Notes: a model not told the origin generated them from the letters alone. 64,000 nt of DNA from Tubiluchus corallicola (GCA_030141605.1 JAQGDQ010000097.1:496001-560000); one strand, 5' to 3'; shown: positions 15,801-26,385, counted from the stretch's first letter. Numbers and translations are program-made.

Positions 15801-18800
15801 AAAATTTGTTGTCATAGCTTATATGGCTGTTTGCACAAAACTAGTTACATGATGAACTGGCTAAACATTATTGAACTAACGATGTACTCAGGCATGTACA
15901 GGTGTAAGAAATATTGTTTACATTACATTGTATACACGTATGGATACGGACATGTGATTGATTGATTTGCTGACAAATGTTTGGCAGCTTTTTCAGTAGG
16001 TATTGTATCCAAGTTTTCATTGTACCTGCCCTCTCCGTTGCACATTGTTTGTATAGTAGGACTAATTTTCGCAGCTTGTTCATTAGTGGTTTGTGGAAGA
16101 TCATTCAACTGAAGTTAGTAATTTTCAAGTGTGCAAGTCTTTGTACTATGACGGCAAGATTTTATATGCAAGACTTTATTTAACAGAGAATGTGCCATTC
16201 GAGACCAACTATAGGTCTGGGTCTGGATCTTGTGGGTTTCAATTTTTGCCATTATTGGCCATGGTCTTGTACGTGCTAGTATAAATCTTGGTCTTGGTCT
16301 CAAAAGTGCTCAGTCGAACCGTAATCTCGAAATTTATTCCACAAATGCAGTTAATTTTATCACTCACTAGACAGAATTACCTAGCAGTGTCTTGTCAAAA
16401 TACTAGCTAACAAACTATTTAGGCAGTTTCTTGAAATTTTATGTGAGTGGTGGGCGGGTAGATGAACTGGAGTAAATCATGACCATCGGAATGAGAACGT
16501 AAAGTCTGAACGAGGTATCTTGAATTTTGCATTATTTTAGTAACATTGTAGTTGCACCAAAAGCAATAGTGGAAATAAAAAACTCAACTCATGTTACCGT
16601 ATTGTCATTTAGCCGAAGTATCAATTTCGAAATGACTTAGCAAAATATCAAATTTCAAGTTCAAACAGTACCCCATCTTTATTTTGTCAAATTTGGCTGT
16701 TTTCAATTCTTTTGTGAATTCGTTTTTTGGGCATTCTTGCTTTTTTAGTTATTCATTTTATTCATTATGTAATGCATCAAAAAATGACTACAAAATTTAA
16801 CCAAAAGTAATTTAATGGCAGGTTTATTAAACCAACAGCTGTTTTCTGTGAAAGCATAGTTTTCCATCTCAGTCTTAGTCTGGAACAATGTGGCCTTGAA
16901 CGATTAGATCTTAGTCTTGGTATTGTCTTTATCATAAACATCCTTGTATTGGTATCAGTCTTGAAAGTTGACCAGTCTTAGTGTTTTTCTCAGTCTCAAC
17001 TACCTCGTCTTGAGCACATGTCCATATACATTTTAAATACACTTTATGACTCTAATTAAGTGTGGTGAGTTAAGTACATGTAAGAAAATAAGGGCATGGG
17101 CTTTTATTTGAAAACTACTTTTCTTTTATTAGGAAAAACATAAGTCACTGATATCTGAGTTCACATAATTCTGGACATGGAGTGGAATATTTACTGATAA
17201 TTATATTTAAGCAGGCTTTAGCTATTTGTCATAGTGTTTAATCTATTTTGTTTATTCCAATTATTTTGGAAAATCTTGTGTTTTAAATTTTAGACCATCG
17301 AAATGACTTTATTTCTCTGCGAATTTTAGATGTACGCTGATAATGCTTTTACGAAGCATTTATAGATATGTTTGTTATTTGCATAGCTTGTAGAAGCCCA
17401 AAAAATATGAATTTGGCAGCCGCACTTATGCCTTATGCAACGACAATAATATATGCACCTCTGTTTTTTGTGAAATATGGGAGGAGTGGGTCAACTGCAG
17501 CCTTGCAACTGCAAAACTGGTAGACTGGTATATAAACTTATGGGTTGTTTCTTTGTTTTGATTCAAGCATGAATCATGACACTAACCATTCACTAAGAGC
17601 ATTTGTATCATTTTTATCATTTATCATTTTACTAGGAATCCTCTGATGGGTTTGGACTGTTCACTCAATGCCCCATCTTTATCTGACAAGACCGACCGAG
17701 TAGCAAAGGACGACAACAGTGAGTGTGATTCAAAACAGCCGGAGATTTATTCTGAACTGAGTACACACTCTCCCACCATTGTCAGTAAGACAAGCAAACT
17801 AGGGCAACCAGTGGTGAAGTCGAGAGTCTCGCTCGACGGCAGTGGCATTGCGGGAAGCTCAATGGTGCCCTCCGTAAAAAGAGAAAAAGCAAAAAATATC
17901 TACGTGTATGATGGTTCTCCGTCTGGGTCATTGAGCAAGGTGTTACCTACTGACAGAACATCACCGTTTTTTCATGGCAGTGCTTCTGTTGATTCAGAAA
18001 ATCAGGCCAGCTGGTCCAAAAGATCAGCCCCACGATCTTTATCCGAAGCTATGACAGAAAAGGCACACTTGTCGCATCCAGACGAACAAGTACTTAACGT
18101 GAACGACTTAGTAACACATTATGAAAACATAGGCAAAAGCCCAGAGCCTGTCACCACGTCTGAAAGTGCACTGCCATCCAGCCACCAAATGACCAAACAT
18201 GGTAGCTATGGTCACCAACAAAGCAATGACTGTGATATTTTATTTTCCAAAAAATTTTCCAATCGTGATCCCGGAAGAAGAGTTCGTAAGGAAAATGTAG
18301 ATGCTAGTCATGTAGTTGCTACAGAATCGCTGGATAAAGCACTGAAAGAAATTGAAAAGGGAGAGTATGTCAGCTATGATTCATGTGATAGCGACATTGC
18401 CAGTGATAAGGAATCAGAAGGAAATGTGATTCCCGGACGCAGTGATGATAGGGACGATCATATTGAATACCGCCGTCACAAAGTGAGTTTTGAGTGTGGC
18501 ACACGCGATAAAAACTTCTCAGCTGTTCCTCTGCACATAACCTCTGCACGTGCACCTGGGCACTTTGTCTGAGTGACTTTTGCAAGGTGAGAACCTTTCA
18601 TGCATTTTTGCGTGTAGCATATTCGAAATGAAAATACTGAAATGATAAAAAATGTGTGAATGTATCATGTTCGTCATTCTATTTCTTGGATATTACTGAC
18701 CAGTCCTGCGGTGTTAACTCAATAAACAACTGAGTATTGGTCTGGTCAGACTTTAAAGAAAAAATTCTGATCTGAAATTGTAACCCGAACCTAATACTGT

Positions 18801-19401
18801 AGAAGGAATTGCTTTTTAGTGAGACACGTTTAAGTTTTTACTTACACTGGTAGCCTGTGTCTTAGTCAGCTTATACATCTAAGGACATTCTATATTTTAG
18901 TATCTTATAATGAGAATTTTAGTGAAAACATCAAATAGACTCTTACCCCTGTACAGTTAAAGCAAGTTCTGAATTTCACTTTCTTCGGCTGATTGCATTG
19001 ATGTAGTCATAACTTTTTCCTTCCTGTAGCATTGTACGCACACCCCTTTGCCTTCAGTGATATTCTGTAGCAGTTGGTTTTGTGAACTTTAAATTTAGCT
19101 TTAAGAACAAGAAATTTCAAGCATTTTTCAGCACTTTGGTCACCAGGTAATTTTATGCTCATATTTCTAGGCGTTAGATACTATATCATCTACACTCCCC
19201 ATTCCAAAGCCACGTAAACCGAAAGAGCAACCCGGTGGAAGTATGGATGACTTGAAACGTTCAAACTCTGATGATAACAGAAGATGGAAAGCGGGAAGGG
19301 ATAAGTACGCAAAGTATGGGATCCACCATGCACCCTTTACGTACGGAGATACGCCCCCTCTGACAAGTCACAGCAAGGGAGATGCCTCAGTTAAATTGTA
19401 G
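697..19401 (+). CDS. Ig-superfamily single-pass receptor (>=5 I-set Ig, 3 FN3, TM, long cytoplasmic tail); Robo/Cdon-like architecture, 5' end upstream of window
   Basis: 16 GT-AG exons join in one frame (3538 nt, ~1178 aa visible): 697-836, 973-1110, 2554-2688, 4823-4973, 5590-5738, 6291-6572, 8497-8640, 9295-9530, 10716-10977, 11737-11946, 12280-12353, 13648-13861, 14210-14405, 15269-15397, 17636-18482, 19171-19401. Ig motifs (DKGQYKCVAEN, GEYTCIAQN, GWYICEA), FN3 motifs (GLQPYTLYRFRVRAN, GLEEGVTYYIKVAVYN), hydrophobic TM. Confidence 0.9.
973..1110 (+). CDS. Ig/FN3 receptor exon: N-half of Ig domain
   Basis: tttcag/gttagt; EPKFIERVKNVIVDPGDMVSLKCAADRGDPTPAYHWLKDGKQLIL. Confidence 0.9.
2232..2508. 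repeat. ~77-bp direct duplication spaced ~200 bp (intronic)
   Basis: ccaatggtaaggtt...gacattgaacagtt at ~2232-2308 and ~2432-2508. Confidence 0.85.
2554..2688 (+). CDS. Ig/FN3 receptor exon: C-half of Ig domain
   Basis: tttcag/gtatgt; ...SLIVHGVIRSNIGEYTCIAQNEAGAAKKTYYLSTP. Confidence 0.9.
3740..3830 (-). mobile_element. tRNA-derived SINE-like head (degenerate)
   Basis: Minus strand has B-box in T-arm context CCCAGGTTCGAGACCCAG; A box degenerate. Confidence 0.4.
4823..4973 (+). CDS. Ig/FN3 receptor exon: N-half of Ig domain
   Basis: ttgcag/gtactg; VPVFVKLPQNTTVNITSSAVISCEAAARKQPQINWY. Confidence 0.88.
5590..5738 (+). CDS. Ig/FN3 receptor exon: C-half of Ig domain
   Basis: atag/gttcgt; RFITEDGWLHVTEVTEENSGWYICEAFTRQKTVRAKAYLTVQ. 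Confidence 0.88.
6291..6572 (+). CDS. Ig/FN3 receptor exon: complete Ig domain
   Basis: ctgtag/gtacta; APMI...ANITCNIESVPLPSVTW...DWGHWICIGCNLLGC...LSVE. Confidence 0.9.
8497..8640 (+). CDS. Ig/FN3 receptor exon: N-half of last Ig domain
   Basis: tttcag/gtaatg; SPAIVNVTASKQNDIISIQCIAVGTPKPTVGY. Confidence 0.87.
9295..9530 (+). CDS. Ig/FN3 receptor exon: end of last Ig, start of FN3-1
   Basis: attag/gtaagt; GGLTLKNV...DVYTCIVENEHG...PDKPYSP...AVLMWQ...IESYTVQLQ. Confidence 0.9.
10288..10700. repeat. 29-bp minisatellite, ~14 copies, intronic
   Basis: Unit AGCATTGTATTGTTTAAGATTG(A/T)TGTGA(T/C); ends ~15 nt before the acceptor at 10715. Confidence 0.95.
10716..10977 (+). CDS. Ig/FN3 receptor exon: end of FN3-1, start of FN3-2
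   Basis: ttttag/gtaata; GLQPYTLYRFRVRANSVLGSSEFS...APAAPSGV...LMWDHP. Confidence 0.92.
11737..11946 (+). CDS. Ig/FN3 receptor exon: FN3-2
   Basis: ttttag/gtatgc; MYEIKY...DVPYNSTYQFMIRAIN. Confidence 0.88.
12280..12353 (+). CDS. Ig/FN3 receptor exon: start of FN3-3
   Basis: ttttag/gtttgt; PNFIPAIESLEPRGPHTVYISWNQ; phases fit both neighbours. Confidence 0.85.
12480..12755. repeat. Degenerate ~30-bp tandem repeat
   Basis: Recurrent gggtccttccaagttcttatctgaatt-like units; another copy near 13195-13225. Confidence 0.65.
13648..13861 (+). CDS. Ig/FN3 receptor exon: FN3-3
   Basis: tacag/gtaagt; ELSGLEEGVTYYIKVAVYNLGGIGPYS. Confidence 0.92.
14210..14405 (+). CDS. Ig/FN3 receptor exon: transmembrane helix
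   Basis: tacag/gtaagc; AVIATIGGIVGGLLLLVVIAVICI followed by QQRK stop-transfer. Confidence 0.9.
15269..15397 (+). CDS. Ig/FN3 receptor exon: juxtamembrane cytoplasmic region with NPxY
   Basis: ttacag/gtaagt, phase 2-2, open frame FLYDSISIG...SGNPQYGNNFIFR. Confidence 0.75.
17636..18482 (+). CDS. Ig/FN3 receptor exon: large low-complexity cytoplasmic exon
   Basis: Pyrimidine tract + actag acceptor in frame with ORF 17646-18572; in-frame phase-0 donor aaa|GTGAGT after 18482. Confidence 0.8.
19171..19401 (+). CDS. Ig/FN3 receptor terminal exon (ends ...DASVKL*)
   Basis: ttctag acceptor, phase 0, 76 open codons of higher GC than flanks, TAG at 19399-19401. Confidence 0.75.
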   Translation, partial: ALDTISSTLPIPKPRKPKEQPGGSMDDLKRSNSDDNRRWKAGRDKYAKYGIHHAPFTYGDTPPLTSHSKGDASVKL

Positions 19402-20083
19402 AATAGGTGCACCATAACTTGTTGTGCATTGAACTTTTCTTTTACTGATCGAACAAATAGCAATTTGTATTCTGTAAAAATATCTGAATTTTCAATGCAG
19501 TTATGGGCACTATTCACAGACTGTAATTGTAGATTTTTCAAACCTGAAAATTTTATATTACAATTTAACTGGCTGTAAGAAGTAGGCCCTATTGAATGTA
19601 TAGCTGTGAAATGATTTCTTATTTTAGCATTGATAGCAACAGCACACTTTATGAAATATAAAAATATTTTTTGCTTTTGCTGAATGAAATGAATTAATAA
19701 TATTTTATTTTATAAATACAAGTTTTCTTATATAGTTTTTCAATAAGGTATCTAGGAATGCACATAATATCAAGAAATTTTAACCATTGAACACCAGATT
19801 TTTTAGTTATTTTTGTGCATGATGTCATGAGAATGGATTTTTTTATTGGACATGTTAATTGATAATATCACCCTTTCTGTAAATTAATTAGTAATTATTG
19901 TTGAAGAATTATATTACGCAGCAATTCGTGAAGTGAAACACAACTATTCTGTAGTTTCCGCATTGTTTAGACTTCGAAGTAATTTTTAGAAAATGTTACA
20001 GTCAGTTAATCTGGCACTGAACTTGCTTTTGTATGTGAAAGCACTGTGCCCTGTTGAGTTTGAATATCACCATCACTAATTTC

Positions 20084-20089
20084 AATAAA
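20084..20089 (+). terminator. Candidate polyadenylation signal of the Ig/FN3 gene
   Basis: AATAAA ~680 nt after the stop within an AU-rich 3'UTR-like region; common by chance in AT-rich DNA. Confidence 0.35.
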
Positions 20090-20934
20090 AGTCTGATCAG
20101 TTTACTTGAAAATATTGAACTAGAATATTTTATTGCCTTTCTTAAATGAAGTGCTAAGAAAAGCCTGTAAAGTCATGGTTTTTGATTGTTTGATAAGACA
20201 GATAAGACTGGTATTATGCTTATCACTTTACTATAACTATATTTATAATTATAATTATTATTATTACTAGTACTGTTGCTGCTATGCCATCAGCATTATG
20301 CCTTATACACAAGATGTCATAACAGTGAGAAAATAGCAAGGTAAAATCCAAATAACGTCTACTAAGAAGAGCATGTAGTCTGCAGACATTAGAAAACACT
20401 AGTGCTAGTTTTTTGCATATTTTTAACTCATGCAGTTTTAAGAATTACATTAAGTGAGATATTTTGCATTCATCAACATTTCTCACACTTTCTTTAATCA
20501 GACTATCCCATGTTCACATATTGTGCAACATGACAAAAAATTGTTTTCCTCATCACACATTTATCTGATATTCAAAATGTTTCAAACGTCTGGCATAATG
20601 ATTACATGTCATTCTATTATGCTGAAATGTATTGTTTTTTGTGCCAACAATGGTTCTGATGCGTGATTGCCAGCATTTTTTTATTGGCCATTAATCCTGC
20701 TTCATTGAATTTTCTTGTTGCACAGTACAATTTTTTTTATTTCTGGCTTGCACTTGTTTGTCACCCCATTCATCCTACATTTCGTTATCCAGGTACTCTC
20801 ACTTAGTGTAATTATAGGATTCGTTTTAGAAGATTCTACTTGTTTGTTGGTTTTAGTTCAGTTTGCAGGCGGTGTTCTTACCACTCATGATTGCATGTTC
20901 ATTTGACAATCATCATGTCGTGCATGTGAAACAT

Positions 20935-21525
20935 TTTTATGCTGCATTTACCCAGTCCACATTTTCATGCTGCTTTGCCAACCCTTCTACCAGGAACCAC
21001 ATATACAATGTTCACTGCACTTGCATGGGAAACATTTTCATGCTGCATTTACCGGTAATGACATACAATGTTCATCGCACTTGTGTGGGAAACATTTTAG
21101 TACTGCATCTATCCAAGCAACCACATATACAATGTTCACTGCACTTGGGCAGTGAACATTGTAAGGCTGCATCTACCCAGTAACCACATATACAATGTTC
21201 ACTGCACTTGCGTGGGAAACAGTTTCAAGCTGCATCTACCCAGTAACCACATATACAACGTTTACTACACTTGCGTGGGAAACATTTTCATGCTGCATCT
21301 ACCCAGTAACCACATATACAATGTTTACTGCACTTGCGTGGGAAACATTGCAAGGCTGCATCTACCCAGTAACCATGTATACAATGTTCATTGCACTTGC
21401 GTGGGAAACATTTTCATGCTGCATCTACCCAGTAACCACATATACAATGTTCAATGTACTTGCGTGGAAAACATCTTCTTACTGCATCTACCAGTAATAA
21501 CATACAATGCTCACTACGCTTGTGT
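20935..21525. repeat. 63-bp minisatellite, ~9 copies
   Basis: Unit ctgcatctacccagtaaccacatatacaatgttcactgcacttgcgtgggaaacattttcatg; explains the repetitive ORFs 20863-21658. Confidence 0.93.
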
Positions 21526-21742
21526 GTGTGTAAAAACTTTTCCTGCGTTATTATCCCACACATATTCAATGTTTGCATTGTGTTCTTGGTTAGGCTTGCA
21601 CCATGTTCTTGGTTTGGCTTGCATCATATGCTTCGTTAGGCTTGCATCATGTCCTTGATTAGGTTATGCAAGAAAATTAGATTTTTCAAACTTCAGGTTT
21701 ATGTTTCATATCTACTTGTCAATTGGGTAACCTACACAATGC

Positions 21743-22590
21743 TTAATGATGGGCGCTAGGCTGCAGCACCTCTGAGGGTCCTTTGAAAGCTTCCCTGAAC
21801 TTACTGTTTCATGCAACATAAATAAAAGGGTTAACTGCACTGTTGCAATAACCAGACGATACTAGCAAAGTTAACGTTATGTCTGAAATGCACCATGTAC
21901 ATTTTGCCAGTGGCATAACGTGAAGCGGCCCCCAGCAAATTATATATGTAATGGTAACAATAAACAAAGTTTTTGTTGCTTTCATTACCATCACTTTTGT
22001 GCTAACTTGATGATTTTGATCACGAATTTGTAGAATTTGTTTTCTTGCAACTTTCGATGTTACAGAACATAGTAAAAGCATCACTGAGGCAGATAGATAA
22101 AAAACACGTACAATGATCCTACCTGTATGTTAGGTAACTGAACACCTACCACTATCAAAGAAATGAGCCATGTTACACATATGGCAGCAGTTAGTGTCCT
22201 TTTTCGTCACATGAGTATTGTACTTATATGAATATAAAACAGCCAGAAATCTTTGTGTAGCTATTGCACACAAATGCAGCACACTAGAAACAAGTATACT
22301 CCAATACCAATTAGTCTCACTCGGTGGTATATGGTAGGAAGGTTTCCTAGATGTAGCATCAAAGGGATTCTTGTCGGAATTCCAATTAGTCCAGCTAACA
22401 GATCTGTTACAGCTAAAGATGCTATTAGAGCATTCTTTCTCTCCTGAAGCTGTTCGTACTTATACACTGCAAGCAGAATTAAGGTCTTGCTAGTAGTGAT
22501 GATTATAGCTATCAACAGATATAAAATTACGATGATCGCATTTAAATTTTTACTCCCTTGAGCCTCGTTAGTGCTATTAATAGCAATCAT
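21743..22590 (-). pseudogene. Intronless class A (rhodopsin-like) GPCR pseudogene
   Basis: TM1; TM2 LAVTDLLAG; after a frameshift TM3 AIATQRFLAV (DRY position); after a second frameshift TM4 VTWLIS; after a third TM5-TM6 CWGP and TM7 NSAVNPFIY; premature TGA before helix 8 (*NSKFREAFK). Confidence 0.88.
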
Positions 22591-23539
22591 AATTAAAGCT
22601 GCTGTCCTACTCTAATGAGCTTGCATTAAGACATTCAATTCACTCATTCATACGCATTCAAGCATGCTTTGGATAATTTTGTCTCAGCATTTATGATGGA
22701 AATGCATACTGTTTGAAAAGTCTTTGTAGTGCGGCGTTGTGTAACTCCTATTATTAGTAGCACATGTCATTTCAGTCTTTTGATTATAACGAAATTTGTT
22801 TATATATTTTGCTTAATGGTTGTTTGTACATCGCCTGGTCAGACATGCTGTCAGGTGATGATTTGCTCAGGTATGTAAGCAGTATTGTTTACAGTACATA
22901 TAATGGTCTTGTGGTTTGATCCATTTGCTAACAAATCCTTAGCTGTTTTTTCAGTAGTCGTTTAGTTCATTTATAGTTCATTTAGTTTCGTTTTGGAGCA
23001 GGACACTTATTATTAAGTATATTTAAGTAGGCGTTAGTTTTTTTGTACTTGTTTAAGTTATTATTTAGTTAAACTATTTTGAAAATTTATTTTCCTTATA
23101 TTTTTCGGTATTGAATTATTACTTTTCTATTAAAGTTCTTCGCTAGTTTTAGCTGAAAAGATCAAGTGGTTTTGCCGAAACGTTCGTGATTTGCATAGTT
23201 AATTGTTTACTAAATACTAATGCAACGTGCATTACAAGTGAACTGTGATATGAGTAGCCGCTTCTGTGTTTATTTTAGCTATAATTGGTTTGAGGCCCTC
23301 AGGTATCAAATCTATAGTTGAAAACTTATTTATCGCAAGTTTCCGGGTATACAAAATCGTCTGCCAATTTTGACCTAGTGCGTTTTGACCAAATGAATTT
23401 TGTAGGAAATCCAGCCATGTGACACTTGCCTCTGTATGACTTATTGTCGGCTTTGTACAAATGTTTCAAAGAAACTATTTTCAGTAAATTTTCATGTAAG
23501 CATGGCGGTGTAGTAGAACGCCAATATGACTAGAGAGAT

Positions 23540-23650
23540 GATAGTTAGGTTGACGAAATGATAGACTGGCAAAATAATAGATTGGTGAAAAGATACTCTG
23601 GCGAAATGAAGACTGGCGAAATTTGAACAGGCGTAGTGAGTCATTACCAT
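23540..23650. repeat. ~15-bp periodic repeat (ctggcgaaatg-like), typical of non-autonomous DNA transposon ends
   Basis: gactggcaaaat, ctggcgaaatg, actggcgaaatt spaced ~15 bp. Confidence 0.5.
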
Positions 23651-24119
23651 AACTTCTGATGTATGTATTGCCCTTTAATTAGTGCAGATGTAAACGGACT
23701 TCAAGTTTTGCAACAATTACTAGTGTACAAGTGTACTATATTAGTGAATTATATATATTTTACTCTTTAATTAACGTAAGTGTGAACAGACCTTTAGGCG
23801 TTGTCATTCCTAGTTATCCCTAGTGTACCAGCAGCCTGTCACTCCCGATGCATTCTGTCTTTCATCGAGTCTCCAGACGCGCTGTAAACAGGTCGTAAGG
23901 CAGGGGCGGTCAAGCTCCGTTTAGTTGGCATAATTTATAATTCCTCTCTCTAACGTCCTGGAAGCCGTGCGCGTGCAGTTTATGAGATGCTATAAAATAG
24001 GTCGTGAATTGCATCTGTTTTGGACGACCAGGCGGCTGTTGTTTTCATAAGAACTGTTGGCCTTGTCTCTTTTTAAAGGCCAAAATAGTATAGCCCAAAG
24101 CACTGGGAGCTTTGTGAGT

Positions 24120-24198
24120 TTTGATGCATTTTTACTCAGGTTTTTTATGTATTATTGATTGTAAAGCCCTAGAGCATTTTATGATTTGAGGCTAATAA

Positions 24199-24264
<66 letters not shown>

Positions 24265-24270
24265 ATTATT
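24120..24270 (+). repeat. (ATT)n microsatellite, probably the 3' tail of a non-LTR retroelement
   Basis: tgtaaagccctagagcat...ggctaataaat followed by ~70 bp (ATT)n at ~24199-24270. Confidence 0.7.
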
Positions 24271-24619
24271 ACAGTGTTATAATGAAAAAAAGCAAAGGCG
24301 ATAATGTAAATAAATTGTTTTTCCGAAATAAGTACAATTGTTCCCATTTTGTCGTGAAACGTCTCTAAATGCGTTTTTTACCATCATAACAGTTTCAAAA
24401 ATGTTTTTAAATCTCGTCAAATAGTTTACAGTGACATATTTTTCAAAGAGTGCGTTAATGGATTTGAAATAGTACAAAATTAAATTTTACCAGGCATAAG
24501 TTCAGAGCAGTCACGTAACTGCAGTGCTACACTGATTTTTTGACAGCAATTCCATGCGTGATTAACCTTGTGTCCTCACTCCGGGCTCACTGTGAAATGA
24601 CCTAAAGCAGTATTACTTA

Positions 24620-25320
24620 CGTACCGCTTTTGCCATTTTAGGTAGTGTTTAGATGGGTGATATTTGAAATTGGTCTTCGAGGTTTCACAAGGGTATGCTG
24701 CGGTAACCATATTGGCTTCGCTTCCTAATTACTTCTGTACTGTGTTGGTATTTGATAGTACAAGCATGAGAATCTTGCGGTTGTGTTCAAATTGTGTATG
24801 GAGGGTACAAAAATTCTCAACCTTTTTATTAAGGTCTTTTCACTAAACCCCTGTAATCGTCGTTTGCAGGCTTTTATTACATCAAATTCTCAGCACTTGC
24901 AACAACGGGTCTTCTCTGTCAGTTGTACTCGATTTTCATTATTGTATAAAAAATCGGATAGGAAGTGGCGCAGTCTTGCAAGCCTTCCTTAATTTTTCGA
25001 GGATAAAATGAAACTGAGGATAATAATTAGTCTGCGTTGCTTAGAAATACGTCTATTTACACACGAGTATCTTAGCTCCGTTACTCCTAGTTTGTCATCA
25101 GTGAACTGTTTGTGATGCGTGAGCTTGCATCACCATTTTCATGTAGAGCCTACACGACCAATTTTGTAATTGCTTCACATGTTTTTGTATAATCGCCCAC
25201 TTTGGTAAATTCCGGTGAGCTTCATAGAAATCAAACCAGCATGACTGCTCAGTACATAGGAGTACGATCACGGGATAACGTTGTTAGCGACATCAACTAC
25301 GTTGTAATTTTCCAACAGTC
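24620..25320 (-). mobile_element. Highly degenerate LINE reverse transcriptase C-terminal remnant
   Basis: Broken minus-strand frames give QKHVKQLQNWSCRLYMK, ELRY.., GFSEKTLIK segments in the order expected for RT domains 6-7/thumb. Confidence 0.4.
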
Positions 25321-26222
25321 TTGTATTTGTTTTCATTTGGGCCACACGAAGAAACACGCATTTTCTTTAATGTCGATCTTACTTCAAAATTACCAATTTG
25401 TCGTGAACATTTTTAGGATTTATTTTATACAAAACAATCTTTGCATTTACCATTTCGATATTATGCATCTTACATAAAAGTTCAACCATCGATAGTTGTA
25501 CCTAGAAATTTGTTAAAGCTCATTGTTTCGATATCCACTTGTTTAATACAAGAAAGAATAGTCAGAAATAATGCATGAAGCCCTGCCCATCTTCCCAGGC
25601 TCATCAGCCGCCTGTATAGATTACACTGTAGAGAAAATCTCAGCCTTTAATGCGTTTATATCCCTGCCACACAAGAAGCTCATTCCATGCTCTGCTTGCC
25701 GGTTGAGGCGTACACTTCCACGGCTGCGTGTGGTAGCGCAGAACTTCCAAATCCCTCCCGTGCAAAGAGGTGAAACGAAGTCAGATGAGTAAGTAAGAAG
25801 GGAAGGGAACCATCTGGAACGCATTGAGGAAACATTGGTAGGAGTTTGTAAGAGCGTCAAGGTGCTGAAACGAAGCCTAATTGTTTCTGCGTTTTCTTGT
25901 CCTACATGTGGTTCAGCAGGCGTAAGAAAATAAAATAGTTGGCGATGGGTTTTGGTTTACAGGTAGCGTTACATTATCACTTCCAGGAACTCATTTCATA
26001 TGTAGTATAGGGGAGATAAGTAAAAATAAAGGAAGATTACACTAGCAGGAATTGACGCGCAGAAGCTGGAACAACTGTGCTAACATTGTATGGTGATAAC
26101 GACCAAGGTACGGCCACGACGACAAAATCAGCAATAGCAACAGATGGCAGCAACGAAGATCATTATCAGTGAAATCAAAAGATTAAACTTTAAATGTAAA
26201 TTTCAATAAAACAGTAGAGCGT

Positions 26223-26385
26223 TATGGTATGGTATGGTATGGTATGGTATGGTATGGTATGGTATGGTATGGTATGGTATGGTATGGTATGGTATGGTAT
26301 GCATGGCATGGCATGGTATAGTATGATATGATATGATATGGTATGGTATGGCATGGCATGGCATAGCATGGTATGGTATGGTACG
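26223..26385. repeat. (TATGG)n pentanucleotide microsatellite
   Basis: Pure TATGG run then variants CATGG/TATGA. Confidence 0.97.

Noticed and set aside
19132-19146. 15-nt micro-exon (ttttcag|cactttggtcaccag|gtaatt) before the last receptor exon
   Set aside because: The downstream intron would be only 24 nt, and read-through meets an in-frame TAG
21809-21811. TGA readthrough or selenocysteine in the GPCR
   Set aside because: Multiple upstream frameshifts already disable the gene; a nonsense mutation is simpler
25585-25615. CTGATGAG on the minus strand as a hammerhead ribozyme core
   Set aside because: No GAAA after a stem II; catalytic core incomplete
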